A stretch of 64,000 nt of DNA, from the NCBI GenBank assembly GCA_001776935.1, contig MFDN01000001.1:19619-83618 (forward strand), in the 5' to 3' direction. Positions within the stretch are counted from its first letter, which is position 1. Each line of letters begins with the position of its first letter. The stretch comes from Candidatus Daviesbacteria bacterium RIFCSPLOWO2_01_FULL_39_23 (GTDB lineage: Bacteria > Patescibacteriota > Microgenomatia > Daviesbacterales > UBA10151). The notes under the pieces are model-generated. The model did not search any database. It had not been told where the DNA came from and saw only the letters and a program-made list of their open reading frames with translations. Both the position numbers and the translations under genes were made by a program. Of the stretch, positions 8,384-17,462 are shown in pieces.

Positions 8384-9427
8384 ATGGATCTTTGGCTTAT
8401 CTTTTTTACAGGACTGACAATAGGCGGCGTTTCCTGCATGGCAGTGCAGGGGGGGCTTTTGGCATCCACTATTGCTGCCCGCGAAGAAGAAGAAATAGAA
8501 GAGGGGAAAAATAGAAAACAGGGCGTTTGGCCGACTTTGTCATTTTTAATCACTAAATTCTTTGCTTATATTATTTTAGGACTTGTTTTAGGCGGGTTTG
8601 GGGCGGCTCTGCAGATTTCGGAAAGAGTGCAGGCTTTTATGCAGATTGCAGCTTCTTTATATATGCTGGCTGTTGCCATGAATTTACTGAATGTCCACCC
8701 TGTTTTTAGATATGTGATTATTCAGCCTCCCAGATTTTTAACAAGACTTGTGAGAAACCAGTCTAAAAGCAAGGATTTATTTGCACCCGCATTTCTTGGG
8801 GCAATGACTATTTTCATTCCCTGCGGAACAACACTGGCTATGGAAGCTTTGGCAATTTCCTCAGGCAGCGCAATTAAAGGCGCGGCAATTATGGGAGCTT
8901 TTGTTTTGGGTACTTCTCCCCTATTTTTTGCGTTGGGATACATAACTACCACTTTGGGTGATGCTTTCCGGGCAAGATTTTTAAAGCTGGCAGCAATATT
9001 AATAATTTACCTTGGAATGACATCCTTAAACGGGTCGCTAATTTCCCTTGGATCTCCCATTACCCTGCAGTCTTTGGCAGACGCTTCGCCTATTCAGATA
9101 AGTTTTGGCGGCGAAGAAGGTTCAGACAGCGCAGATACTGTAAATACTACTTTAGTAAACGGAGTGCAGGTTGTGGAGATTCAAGCTTTTCCTAATGGGT
9201 ACAGTCCTACTTATATTAAGATTAAAAACGGGGTGCCGACAAGAATTAATGTAACTGCTACAGGGGGTTATGGTTGCACTTCTGCTTTTGCTATTCCCGC
9301 TTTAGGCGTTAGAAAAAGATTAGCTTTAAATACAACTGTTCCTGTAGAGTTTACCCCTCAAAACAAAGGGAAGATTCTTTTTAGCTGCTCAATGGGAATG
9401 TATTCAGGAGTAATAGAGGTGATTTAA
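8384..9427 (+). CDS. Polytopic membrane protein (CcdA-like Cys-in-TM motifs) fused to C-terminal cupredoxin-like domain
   Basis: TGLTIGGVSCMAVQGGLLAS and IFIPCGTTLAMEAL in TM helices. C-terminal domain ends KGKILFSCSMGMYSGVIEVI, paralogous to the C-terminus of the 5782-6141 protein. Confidence 0.45.
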   Translation: MDLWLIFFTGLTIGGVSCMAVQGGLLASTIAAREEEEIEEGKNRKQGVWPTLSFLITKFFAYIILGLVLGGFGAALQISERVQAFMQIAASLYMLAVAMNLLNVHPVFRYVIIQPPRFLTRLVRNQSKSKDLFAPAFLGAMTIFIPCGTTLAMEALAISSGSAIKGAAIMGAFVLGTSPLFFALGYITTTLGDAFRARFLKLAAILIIYLGMTSLNGSLISLGSPITLQSLADASPIQISFGGEEGSDSADTVNTTLVNGVQVVEIQAFPNGYSPTYIKIKNGVPTRINVTATGGYGCTSAFAIPALGVRKRLALNTTVPVEFTPQNKGKILFSCSMGMYSGVIEVI

Positions 9428-9639
9428 TGATCAAAAAGAAATTTAAAATAACCGGTATGCATTGTTCGTCCTGCGCCATAACCATAGATATGGATTTGGA
9501 GGATTTGGATGGTGTAAAGATGAGCAAGACTTCTTATGCTAAGGCAGAAACTGAAATCGAATTTGACCCGGAAAAAGTTACTGATTCTAAAGTTTTGGAA
9601 ACCATCAAAAAATCCGGTTATGAGGCCAGTATACCCTAA
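9427..9639 (+). CDS. copZ: Copper chaperone CopZ (HMA domain)
   Basis: 70 aa, ITGMHCSSCAITID metal-binding MxCxxC motif. Start overlaps the stop of the upstream gene. Confidence 0.8.
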   Translation: MIKKKFKITGMHCSSCAITIDMDLEDLDGVKMSKTSYAKAETEIEFDPEKVTDSKVLETIKKSGYEASIP

Positions 9640-9640
9640 A

Positions 9641-10624
9641 ATGTTTGATTTAATATCCGTTGGTGATGCACGTATTGATAACTCTGTTCATCTGCCTAAA
9701 GCACATATTTCCTGTACCATAAATAAAGAAAGATGTGAAATCTGTTTAGCTTATGGTGGCAAGATCCCGATAGACAGCGTTAAAGTCCAACCGGCGGGAA
9801 ACAGTAACAATAATGCTGTAGCTGCAGCAAAATTGGGGTTAAAAACAGCACTCTATGCCAATATAGGGGAAGATGCCAACGGAAAAATGATTTTAGATCA
9901 TTTAAAGGCGGCTGGCGTAGATACCAGGTATATGGTGGTAAATAAAGGCATTCCAACAGAGCAGTCAATTGTTATAAATTACAACGGGGAAAGGACAATT
10001 TTGGTTTACCATCATCCCTGGGATTATACTTTGCCTGATTTGGATAAGACTAAATGGGTTTATTATTCTTCGGTTTCATTTTCATTTCCCAAGACTTCTT
10101 TGGTTCCGCAGCTTGAAAATTATATAGAAAGGATCGGGGGCAGCCTGATGTATTCACCGGGGACTCATCAGCTGAAGTTTGGAGTCAAAAAACACCCCAG
10201 GCTCTTGTCTCTAACAAGGGTGTTGATTGTTAATTATGAAGAAGCAAAAAAAATTTTGGAGATTGATGGCGGAAGAAAGATTGATATAAAAAAACTGCTT
10301 TCTTCCCTTGCGGATTTGGGGCCTAAAAATGTCGTGATTACAGACGGGAAAGAGGGATCATATGGATTTGACGGTAGTAGTTTTTTTAAAATCGGGCTTT
10401 TCCCGGCCGAATTAAAAGAAGCAACCGGCGCAGGAGATGCATATGCTACAGGGTTTTTAGCAGCTCTTTTTTATGGAAAAGATTTTTCTGAAGCTATGAG
10501 ATGGGGAGCTGCAAATTCAGCGGCAGTTGTAGAGCAATGTGGCCCGCAGGAGGGGCTGCTTTCTTATAATCAAATGCAGGAAAAATTAAATAAAAATTCC
10601 GGGATCAAAGCAGGGGAAATTTAG
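9641..10624 (+). CDS. PfkB-family carbohydrate/nucleoside kinase (ribokinase-like)
   Basis: MFDLISVGDARIDN..., NNAVAAAKLG, C-terminal TGAGDAYATGFLAAL (DTxGAGD motif). ORF-track 9536 start overlaps copZ; ATG at 9641 chosen. Confidence 0.75.
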   Translation: MFDLISVGDARIDNSVHLPKAHISCTINKERCEICLAYGGKIPIDSVKVQPAGNSNNNAVAAAKLGLKTALYANIGEDANGKMILDHLKAAGVDTRYMVVNKGIPTEQSIVINYNGERTILVYHHPWDYTLPDLDKTKWVYYSSVSFSFPKTSLVPQLENYIERIGGSLMYSPGTHQLKFGVKKHPRLLSLTRVLIVNYEEAKKILEIDGGRKIDIKKLLSSLADLGPKNVVITDGKEGSYGFDGSSFFKIGLFPAELKEATGAGDAYATGFLAALFYGKDFSEAMRWGAANSAAVVEQCGPQEGLLSYNQMQEKLNKNSGIKAGEI

Positions 10625-11343
10625 CGGACTACGACCCTTGTGCCGGGGTTTTCTGCGGTGGCACGTACAGCATTTTGATCCGGGGGAACAACCGGCCCGG
10701 CCCAGTCAAAGAGTTGGGCAACAGAAGCAAGAGGGGAATTTACACAGCCGTGGCTCATCGGGTGACCGAAATTATTATGCCAGTAGGCTCCGTGTATGGC
10801 ATAGCCCTGATGGAAAAACATATTATGTGGCACATTGGGAAGATAATAATATGTCCCCAAATCTTTTGATCCGCCGCTCATTGTTTGATTTCTGGTTTTA
10901 TACCAAATATTAAAAGATCCCTTTGGAGTAGGAGCCCAAAGGCCGGAAGAAATAGGAAATTCTATCACCAGCGTGTTGCCTTCATAAGCCCTTAATCTTT
11001 GTTCGTCTAAGGATACATCAATCCATTTTTCCTCTCCTGCTTCATTAGTGGTGCCCAGTACTGCCTGATTTTCATCGGGATTTTGAGCTAAAGACTGCGA
11101 GTAAGCGTAAGACAAAGATGTTTTTGGGTAATCAATCACCTCTCCGTTAAAAATAGCTGTATTTGCATCTTCATCAAACTTGCCGTTTTGGCTTAAGATG
11201 TTGTCAACGGTGCAGCAGGAAAGCGTGAGGTCGCCGGAGATATTCAGCTTATAAACAATGGTCCTGCGGATAGATTGAAAATTAAAAGCGATATAGGCAA
11301 TTACGGCTATTAACAATAGAAGAGGTACAAGACGGTGTAGCAT
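10621..11343 (-). CDS. L,D-transpeptidase (YkuD domain) with N-terminal TM anchor
   Basis: IHGAYWHNNFGHPMSHGCVNSPLASVAQLFDW contains the H...SHGC catalytic motif of YkuD L,D-transpeptidases. Confidence 0.75.
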   Translation of the reverse strand: MLHRLVPLLLLIAVIAYIAFNFQSIRRTIVYKLNISGDLTLSCCTVDNILSQNGKFDEDANTAIFNGEVIDYPKTSLSYAYSQSLAQNPDENQAVLGTTNEAGEEKWIDVSLDEQRLRAYEGNTLVIEFPISSGLWAPTPKGSFNIWYKTRNQTMSGGSKDLGTYYYLPNVPHNMFFHQGYAIHGAYWHNNFGHPMSHGCVNSPLASVAQLFDWAGPVVPPDQNAVRATAENPGTRVVVR

Positions 11344-11433
11344 AAGTCAAGCGCGCCGTCTTTTCGCACTACTTTCATTTTGAAATAGTTCCTATATAGA
11401 CGTCAAGAGGCAGTTTAGGTAAGATGAAAATTC

Positions 11434-12345
11434 ATGAAAAAGTATGCCATCCTGGTTGGTATTTTCATTATTTTCTCCTCTTTTATGATAGCCGGCGCCG
11501 CCTCAAGCAGTCGATCTGCTGAGTTGATCTCTCCGGCTGTAAAAGCGGAAAAAGTATTAGGCGTAAACCAATGGTATCCGGGTGAGGCCACTGCAGAAGC
11601 GGATGCCCCAAAAGTTACTGCCAAAGCCGGTTTTTTTGTAGACACAAAAAACGGAACAGTGCTTTATTCAAAAAACATTCATGAAAAATTACCCATTGCT
11701 TCATTGGTTAAAGTAATGACTGCTTTAATAGCCTTGGAGCATAAAAGCATGGAAAATGAGTTTATTGTTTCGGAACATGCTGCAGGTATGGAGCCTGATA
11801 AAATGCTTCTGATTGCAGGAGAAAAGCTGAGTTTGAAAGAAATTTTGAGCGGAATTTTTTTGGTGTCTGCAAATGACGGAGCAGAAGTTTTAGCAGAAGG
11901 AACAACCGGAGACAGGACTGAGTTTTTAAATTTAATGAATGCAAAAGCAAAACAACTCGGAATGAAGAATACCTATTTTGCAAATCCTACCGGTTTGGAT
12001 GAAGATGAAAATAATTCATATTCTACAGCCTATGATTTAGCAATTCTGACAAGACATCTGATCCGTCGCTATCCGGAGGTAGTTGATATATCCAAAACAG
12101 AACATATTTATTTACCCATAACGGAAAATCATCAGGATTATGATATGTATTCAGGGATAAATTTACTGACTACTTACCCCGGAGTAGTAGGTTTTAAGAC
12201 CGGTTATACACCGGAGGCAGGATTAACTTTAATAACTTTGGTGCAAAAAGAAGGCCGGGAAGTAGTGGGGGTTTTGCTTGGATCTTTGTCCCGAAGGGAT
12301 GAGGCAAGAGAGCTTTTGGATTATTCATTTAAAAAGTTAAATTAA
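11434..12345 (+). CDS. D-alanyl-D-alanine carboxypeptidase (PBP5/DacA-type serine peptidase S11)
   Basis: SxxK (SLVKVMTA), SxN (VSANDGA), KTG (FKTGYTPEAG) motifs. N-terminal signal. Confidence 0.8.
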   Translation: MKKYAILVGIFIIFSSFMIAGAASSSRSAELISPAVKAEKVLGVNQWYPGEATAEADAPKVTAKAGFFVDTKNGTVLYSKNIHEKLPIASLVKVMTALIALEHKSMENEFIVSEHAAGMEPDKMLLIAGEKLSLKEILSGIFLVSANDGAEVLAEGTTGDRTEFLNLMNAKAKQLGMKNTYFANPTGLDEDENNSYSTAYDLAILTRHLIRRYPEVVDISKTEHIYLPITENHQDYDMYSGINLLTTYPGVVGFKTGYTPEAGLTLITLVQKEGREVVGVLLGSLSRRDEARELLDYSFKKLN

Positions 12346-12393
12346 TACTTGTTTTCAAATATACTTATGTAGTATTGATATATTACTTACCCA

Positions 12394-12753
12394 ATGCCAA
12401 TTCATGAGATAGAAGCAAAAGTTAATTTAGGACCCCTTTTTGTGGGACGGATTGGAGGACTGGTTGAGATATATCACGCAATAGTATCCAGTCGGGCAGG
12501 ACACCCCTGTAAAACTGTTAAGGTGGCTAATCCTGTAACAATTGAGGCTATAAAATATAATGGCACGACACCGGATGAAGGCAGCAAGCAAATTTTTATA
12601 GGTAGCCAGATTAATGAAGATCCTAATTTAAAAAAGCAATTTTTCTTTGTGGATTCAGGCGCCGAAGAGGATGACATTAGGGGAAGATGGAAATTTTTCT
12701 TAGATCTTCCTAAAGAACTTACTGAGGATCTGCCGGAAGATTTTAATGAATGA
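12394..12753 (+). CDS. Hypothetical protein (119 aa, acidic C-terminus)
   Basis: ORF only; no recognisable motif. Confidence 0.35.
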   Translation: MPIHEIEAKVNLGPLFVGRIGGLVEIYHAIVSSRAGHPCKTVKVANPVTIEAIKYNGTTPDEGSKQIFIGSQINEDPNLKKQFFFVDSGAEEDDIRGRWKFFLDLPKELTEDLPEDFNE

Positions 12754-12807
12754 TTGAGCGTAATAGTTGCAATGGCAAAATTGATGGTAAAGATGTAAGC
12801 TAAAACT

Positions 12808-13095
12808 ATGTTTGGATTCAGCCGGAAAAGATTTTTAGTTACTTTGGGGTTAAGTGTGTTGATTTGGATAGTTAGCAACTTTATACAACTACTAAACTCC
12901 AACCATTGGCCTGCAGGTTTCTCTCTATTAGGTGGTTCGTGTACAGTCACTGGTTATCCATTTGCTTTTTGTTTGGCAGGTTACGAGAAAGTTAAAATAT
13001 TACTAATTTATTTGGTGAATATTGCATTTTGGTTTTGGGTTTTACATTTTTTGTGGAAATGGTTTAACAAAGGGAAGTCTTCTTTTGAAAAATAG
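12808..13095 (+). CDS. Hypothetical small membrane protein (95 aa)
   Basis: Two TM-like segments. 3' end overlaps the convergent lipase gene by ~54 bp. Confidence 0.3.
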   Translation: MFGFSRKRFLVTLGLSVLIWIVSNFIQLLNSNHWPAGFSLLGGSCTVTGYPFAFCLAGYEKVKILLIYLVNIAFWFWVLHFLWKWFNKGKSSFEK

Positions 13096-16044
13096 CTTTT
13101 TCCCCTGAAAAATTGTGGTAATTAGTCCTAAGAAAGCAAGGGTTATTATTCCTCCGGAAACCATTAATAATCCTCCTAAAATTTGACTTGCAGGATTTAT
13201 TGTTTTTTTCTTAGTACTTAATTTTTTCTGTTCTCCTAAAATATTAGTGACATTAATTTGATCAGAAATACGAGCAGGGTTTTCAAAGTTGATTCCCAGC
13301 ACTCTTTTATTCACCTCGAAGGTGGGCTCTGACTCCTTCGAGGTGCTTGCTGTCAAGACGGATGTCGGATTATTGCTTTGGTTTGTTTCCTGAGTGGTGC
13401 CGGAGGAAGAATTATTATTGCCTGAACTGGTGCCTGTAGAGGCAGGTGTTGGCGAGGGGGTCGGTGTCGGGCTGGCTGGTACAGCTATTTCGATAATTAT
13501 GGTCTGAGGGATTTCCTCATTACCAGATTTATCAACGGCTTTTATTTGAATTGTAGTTTTGCCGGGAGCAGAAATAATAAAGGGCTCTGAATAAATTTTT
13601 ACTGTTTGGCCGTTATCTAAGCTGTATTCGATCCTCAGAATACCTGATTCTGTATCATTGCCTGTTAAAGTTATAGTTACAGGATTTGTATAGATGCCGG
13701 ATGAATCCTTGGTGCCGGAAATTTGAATGGAGGTTGTGGGTGAAGATTGATCAAAAGCATTTCCTCCTTGAATCTCGCTGGTAGGGATTATTATTTCGCT
13801 CTCCGGTTGGGCGGAGTCAGGGTAAATAGTTAGCGGTGGGGAAATATCGGACGAAGGATCAAGATCAAACTCAATTCCTCCTTTTTCATCAATAGCAATA
13901 TCTTTATAAATAGCAGTTTTTGAAATCCTGTCTTCCCTATAAGTTCGCTTTTTGATATTGGTGGTTTTTGAAGAAACAGCTTTCTTTTTGCGGGTTGCTT
14001 TGACTTTTACCTTAGCGGCTTTCTTTTTGACAAAAGCATGTTTAGTGTTGCCGGAAGTGGTACATATAACATCAGGAATATTTTCTTCTATCTCTCCTTT
14101 TTCGTTTAATCCGCAATGACGGTTTTGATCATCGTAAAGGTCTAATTCCCCGTCATCCAAAGAAATTTGTTCTCCTTCTAAAATAAACTTTTGGTCCTTA
14201 ACTTCTACAGGTAAATCGTTATCATCGTTTAAGATTGCTTTAACGGTTTGCATAGCGGTTCCATTTGTTGATACTAAATTTCCATGATTCTGTTCTACGT
14301 AATAAATTTTTGTAGCACCCGAGATGTCTAAATTATCGTTTTTTAGTGAAGCACTATATAATGGTACTGTGCCATCACCATTTATGAAGATCTCATCCCT
14401 TTTAGGGAATAAATTTATTGGCCATGTAATCCACCATGTTTCATTGATTTGACCCAAAGTCGGTTGCGCTGTGCCGACTATTCCATAAACTTTTGTGCCA
14501 TTTGTTTGGTTTAATATAGAATCCAAACTATTATGAAATTGTTCGCCAAAATTAAAGACAGACATATTGTAATTTAGATTTGAGAGAAGATTTTTGGTTT
14601 GATCAAAATTAAGAGTTCCAGTTAAGTTGTTGTTATCAATATCTTGATCATCTTTTAATGGGTATGGAAGATTCTTATCTAAATTAGTATAAAAATTATA
14701 ATATTGATTTGATGGCAAAAGTTGGAATAGTGCAGGATTATTCCGTGAGACATCTTTTACCTCACTAGCAGGTACGCCTATTGGAAAAATACCGAAAACA
14801 TTCTTTTGCAGAGCAGAACCATACATAAGCGTTTTTGTTGCACTGGTAGCTCCTAAATGGGGAACTCCCAGTTCAATTAGTTTGTTAACTTTAGAAGCTT
14901 TTTGAGCATCAGAGATATAATATCTGGCAACTAAACCGCCCATGGAATGAACAACAAGGTTTACTTGTGGCTGGCCGGATTTCTGTCTGGCATTTTCAAT
15001 TAAAGCATCTAAATCATCTTTAGTAGTTCTTACATCTTTTCTCCAGTCATAAGGAAAAACAAAGAAATTTGTTCCTTTGTCATACCCCATTTCTGTAAAA
15101 AATGGATCAATATCTGAATATCCAAATGAAGTTAATTCCCCTGTTAAGACAAGAGCTGCTTCTGAAGTTACCCCGTCTGCTTTTAACCTTAAAATATCAA
15201 AATAATCATCATTTCCTAACTTTACCGCTTCGTCTTGATTTACCCAAATCTTTTCTTCACCGCCGTATGCATGAGAATATGTTCCACCGTGTCCGTCATC
15301 CGAAGACCAAAAAATATCCTGCGAAGCTTTCATTTCAGACCCTCCGATTCCGGGAATAAAAATTACCGGCAGTCTGGGCGGATGCGAAGGAGCCAGCGCG
15401 GAAACCTTTATATTATCAAACTTCATATATGCGCCCCCGAATATTCCTGTCCAATATGATAATGTTATAGTCCCTTTTTTAATATTGGTGCCTGTGTCAG
15501 TGAAATCAAAGATAGGAGTGTTGTCTATCCAGGCTTTAATATTTTCATTGGAGACTTCGATTATGAGGTGATACCATTTGTTATTTGCAAGAGAAAAAGG
15601 CTTGATCTCTTTTAATAAAGTCTGCCCGTTTCCGTCAATCTTCCATAATATAATTTGTGGTGTGTTATGTATGCCTTTCCCGTACCTTAAATTGATTTCA
15701 TAAGAACCATTTTCTCCATATCTAAAACCTACACCCTGGTCGATTCCCAAAAAACCATTGATATCCAATTCTATGCGGTAATTATCCCATTCAGAATTGC
15801 CTGTGTTAATTCTTCCGCCCAGCGCTTTTCCTGAACTTGATCCGGCTAAGTTACCGTTATTTACCTGCCAATTACCTGATTCTATTGTCCATCCATTCAA
15901 ATTTCCGTCATCGAAATTATCAAAAAGAAGTATATCTTCTTCGGTTGCCATAACCCGGGTGCTTAAAGCCATAAAAAACCACACCGCAAGAATAAGCCCT
16001 ATTATTAGGCGCAGTGGCAATATATTATTCACCTTTGCATCCAA
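13042..16044 (-). CDS. Large secreted multidomain lipase/esterase: N-terminal ConA-like/DUF1080 lectin domain, alpha/beta-hydrolase lipase domain (GHSMGG-type), Pro/Thr-rich linker, C-terminal TM anchor
   Basis: Signal peptide. ILLFDNFDDGNLNGWTIESGNWQVNNGNLAG (DUF1080/LamG-like). VNLVVHSMGGLVARYY nucleophile elbow as in Lipase_2/PGAP1-like. PASPTPTPSPTPAS linker. C-terminal LGGLLMVSGGIITLAFLGLITTIF. Confidence 0.65.
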   Translation of the reverse strand: MDAKVNNILPLRLIIGLILAVWFFMALSTRVMATEEDILLFDNFDDGNLNGWTIESGNWQVNNGNLAGSSSGKALGGRINTGNSEWDNYRIELDINGFLGIDQGVGFRYGENGSYEINLRYGKGIHNTPQIILWKIDGNGQTLLKEIKPFSLANNKWYHLIIEVSNENIKAWIDNTPIFDFTDTGTNIKKGTITLSYWTGIFGGAYMKFDNIKVSALAPSHPPRLPVIFIPGIGGSEMKASQDIFWSSDDGHGGTYSHAYGGEEKIWVNQDEAVKLGNDDYFDILRLKADGVTSEAALVLTGELTSFGYSDIDPFFTEMGYDKGTNFFVFPYDWRKDVRTTKDDLDALIENARQKSGQPQVNLVVHSMGGLVARYYISDAQKASKVNKLIELGVPHLGATSATKTLMYGSALQKNVFGIFPIGVPASEVKDVSRNNPALFQLLPSNQYYNFYTNLDKNLPYPLKDDQDIDNNNLTGTLNFDQTKNLLSNLNYNMSVFNFGEQFHNSLDSILNQTNGTKVYGIVGTAQPTLGQINETWWITWPINLFPKRDEIFINGDGTVPLYSASLKNDNLDISGATKIYYVEQNHGNLVSTNGTAMQTVKAILNDDNDLPVEVKDQKFILEGEQISLDDGELDLYDDQNRHCGLNEKGEIEENIPDVICTTSGNTKHAFVKKKAAKVKVKATRKKKAVSSKTTNIKKRTYREDRISKTAIYKDIAIDEKGGIEFDLDPSSDISPPLTIYPDSAQPESEIIIPTSEIQGGNAFDQSSPTTSIQISGTKDSSGIYTNPVTITLTGNDTESGILRIEYSLDNGQTVKIYSEPFIISAPGKTTIQIKAVDKSGNEEIPQTIIIEIAVPASPTPTPSPTPASTGTSSGNNNSSSGTTQETNQSNNPTSVLTASTSKESEPTFEVNKRVLGINFENPARISDQINVTNILGEQKKLSTKKKTINPASQILGGLLMVSGGIITLAFLGLITTIFQGKKLFFKRRLPFVKPFPQKM
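13312..13345. repeat. 34-bp hairpin element copy A (cacctcgaagg-tgggctctgact-ccttcgaggtg), inside the 3' coding region of the lipase gene
   Basis: Perfect 11-bp stem with 12-nt loop. 33/34 identical to the copy at 16110-16143. Confidence 0.8.
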
Positions 16045-16109
16045 ATTGTTGATCGTGAAAAATCGGAGCGCAATATGGCTTTAAGGTGATTTAAGATAAC
16101 GAACTGACT

Positions 16110-16143
16110 CACCTCGAAGGTAGGCTCTGACTCCTTCGAGGTG
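16110..16143. repeat. 34-bp hairpin element copy B, in the divergent lipase/cyclophilin intergenic region
   Basis: cacctcgaaggtaggctctgactccttcgaggtg. Differs from copy A by one loop nucleotide. Confidence 0.8.
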
Positions 16144-16180
16144 TTGCAAAATAGACTTTGGGGTGGTATACATTTGAGGG

Positions 16181-16882
16181 ATGTTAACGAACCAGAAAGT
16201 TTTGTGGATGTTGCTTATACTTTTCATTATTGGAGCAGGAGTTTATCTTGCTGTCTCAAAATTTAAAAATGATGTCGGGGATTTATCAGCATCTCCTTCC
16301 CCTTCGCCTTCGGGGCTGGATTTTGTGTTAACTAAATCTCCTGAACCAACAGCGGTGTCGCAGGGCACCCAAACCCAGCAAGTCCAATCTTCTGAATTGC
16401 CATTAGCCCGCAATAAAAAACTTTCTAAATTCCCGGGAGTTTTAAAACCGGAGGATTTGCAAAATAAAAAAGCCGTTATTCAGACTGCCAAAGGGATAAT
16501 CCAGCTTAAAATTTATCCCGAAGCTTCTATGGCTGCCTCCAATTTTATGATTTTATCTGCAAATGGTTTTTACGACGGATTAAAATTTCACCGGGTGGAA
16601 GATTGGGTGGTGCAGGGCGGGGATCCTTTGGGAAACGGCACAGGCGGGCCAGGGTATCAATTTCCTGATGAGCCGGTTACGCGTTCCTATGTTAAGGGTA
16701 TAGTGGCTATGGCAAATGCAGGCCCTAATACCAACGGCAGCCAATTTTTTATCTTGAAAAAAGATACGCCTTTGCCTCCAAGCTATACGATTTTGGGGCA
16801 AATTATTTCCGGACAAGACGCAGTAGATAAACTTTCTATTGGTGATGTAATGCAGAAGGTGGTTATCCAAAATCTCCAATAG
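16181..16882 (+). CDS. Cyclophilin-type peptidyl-prolyl cis-trans isomerase with N-terminal TM anchor
   Basis: [29 protein letters not shown]...[17 protein letters not shown] (cyclophilin signature). Confidence 0.85.
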   Translation: MLTNQKVLWMLLILFIIGAGVYLAVSKFKNDVGDLSASPSPSPSGLDFVLTKSPEPTAVSQGTQTQQVQSSELPLARNKKLSKFPGVLKPEDLQNKKAVIQTAKGIIQLKIYPEASMAASNFMILSANGFYDGLKFHRVEDWVVQGGDPLGNGTGGPGYQFPDEPVTRSYVKGIVAMANAGPNTNGSQFFILKKDTPLPPSYTILGQIISGQDAVDKLSIGDVMQKVVIQNLQ

Positions 16883-16883
16883 C

Positions 16884-16958
16884 TTTCAGCTATCAGTCTT
16901 CAGTCGTCAGATAATTGCAATTTAAATCTGAAAGCTGAGAGCTGAAGACTGATGACTA
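16884..16958. terminator. Imperfect long inverted repeat after the PPIase gene (arms atcagtcttcag / ctgaagactgat)
   Basis: 12-bp perfect arms at ~16892-16903 and ~16942-16953 with additional flanking complementarity. No clear U-tract. Confidence 0.4.
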
Positions 16959-16960
16959 TC

Positions 16961-16984
16961 TATACAATATCTTGTGTATTGACA
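16961..16984. promoter_or_regulatory. NrdR-box-like palindrome (ATACAATATCTTGTGTAT) followed by TTGACA, upstream of nrdR
   Basis: acaatatcttgtgt resembles the NrdR box consensus (acaCwAtATaTwgtgt, as recalled) with 1-2 mismatches. TTGACA at ~16979-16984. Confidence 0.45.
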
Positions 16985-17021
16985 CTTTATCATATCAACA
17001 TGTTATGTTATACTGAGTTTT

Positions 17022-17462
17022 GTGAAATGCCCATTTTGTCAAAGCAGTTTAAGCAAGGTTATAGATAAAAGGTCGGTTTTCGGCCGCGGTGAAATTAGAA
17101 GGCGCAGGGAATGTTTGAAGTGTGCTAAGCGTTTTACAACTTATGAAAGTCTTGCTGACGTCATGCTTTTGGTTATTAAAAAAGATGGCAGACGCGAGCC
17201 TTTTTTGCGGGAAAAGCTTGAAGCAGGTTTGACTAAAGCTTTGGAAAAAAGACCGGGTATTGACAGGGTTCCAAAGCTTCTTGATAGAATAGAAGGCCGT
17301 CTTAGGGCAAAGAAGCTGCAGGAGATTCCTTCACAGACTTTGGGGAAGTGGGTTTTAGCAGAACTCAAAAAAGTGGACGGAGTGGCTTATTTGCGTTTTG
17401 CCAGTGTGTACAGGACCTTTTCCGATGCGAAAGATTTTAAAAAGGAAATGGAAGCGCTTTAA
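17022..17462 (+). CDS. nrdR: Transcriptional repressor NrdR (zinc ribbon + ATP-cone)
   Basis: MKCPFCQ...CLKC zinc ribbon followed by an ATP-cone-like domain. GTG start. Sits directly upstream of the class II RNR. Confidence 0.9.
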   Translation: MKCPFCQSSLSKVIDKRSVFGRGEIRRRRECLKCAKRFTTYESLADVMLLVIKKDGRREPFLREKLEAGLTKALEKRPGIDRVPKLLDRIEGRLRAKKLQEIPSQTLGKWVLAELKKVDGVAYLRFASVYRTFSDAKDFKKEMEAL

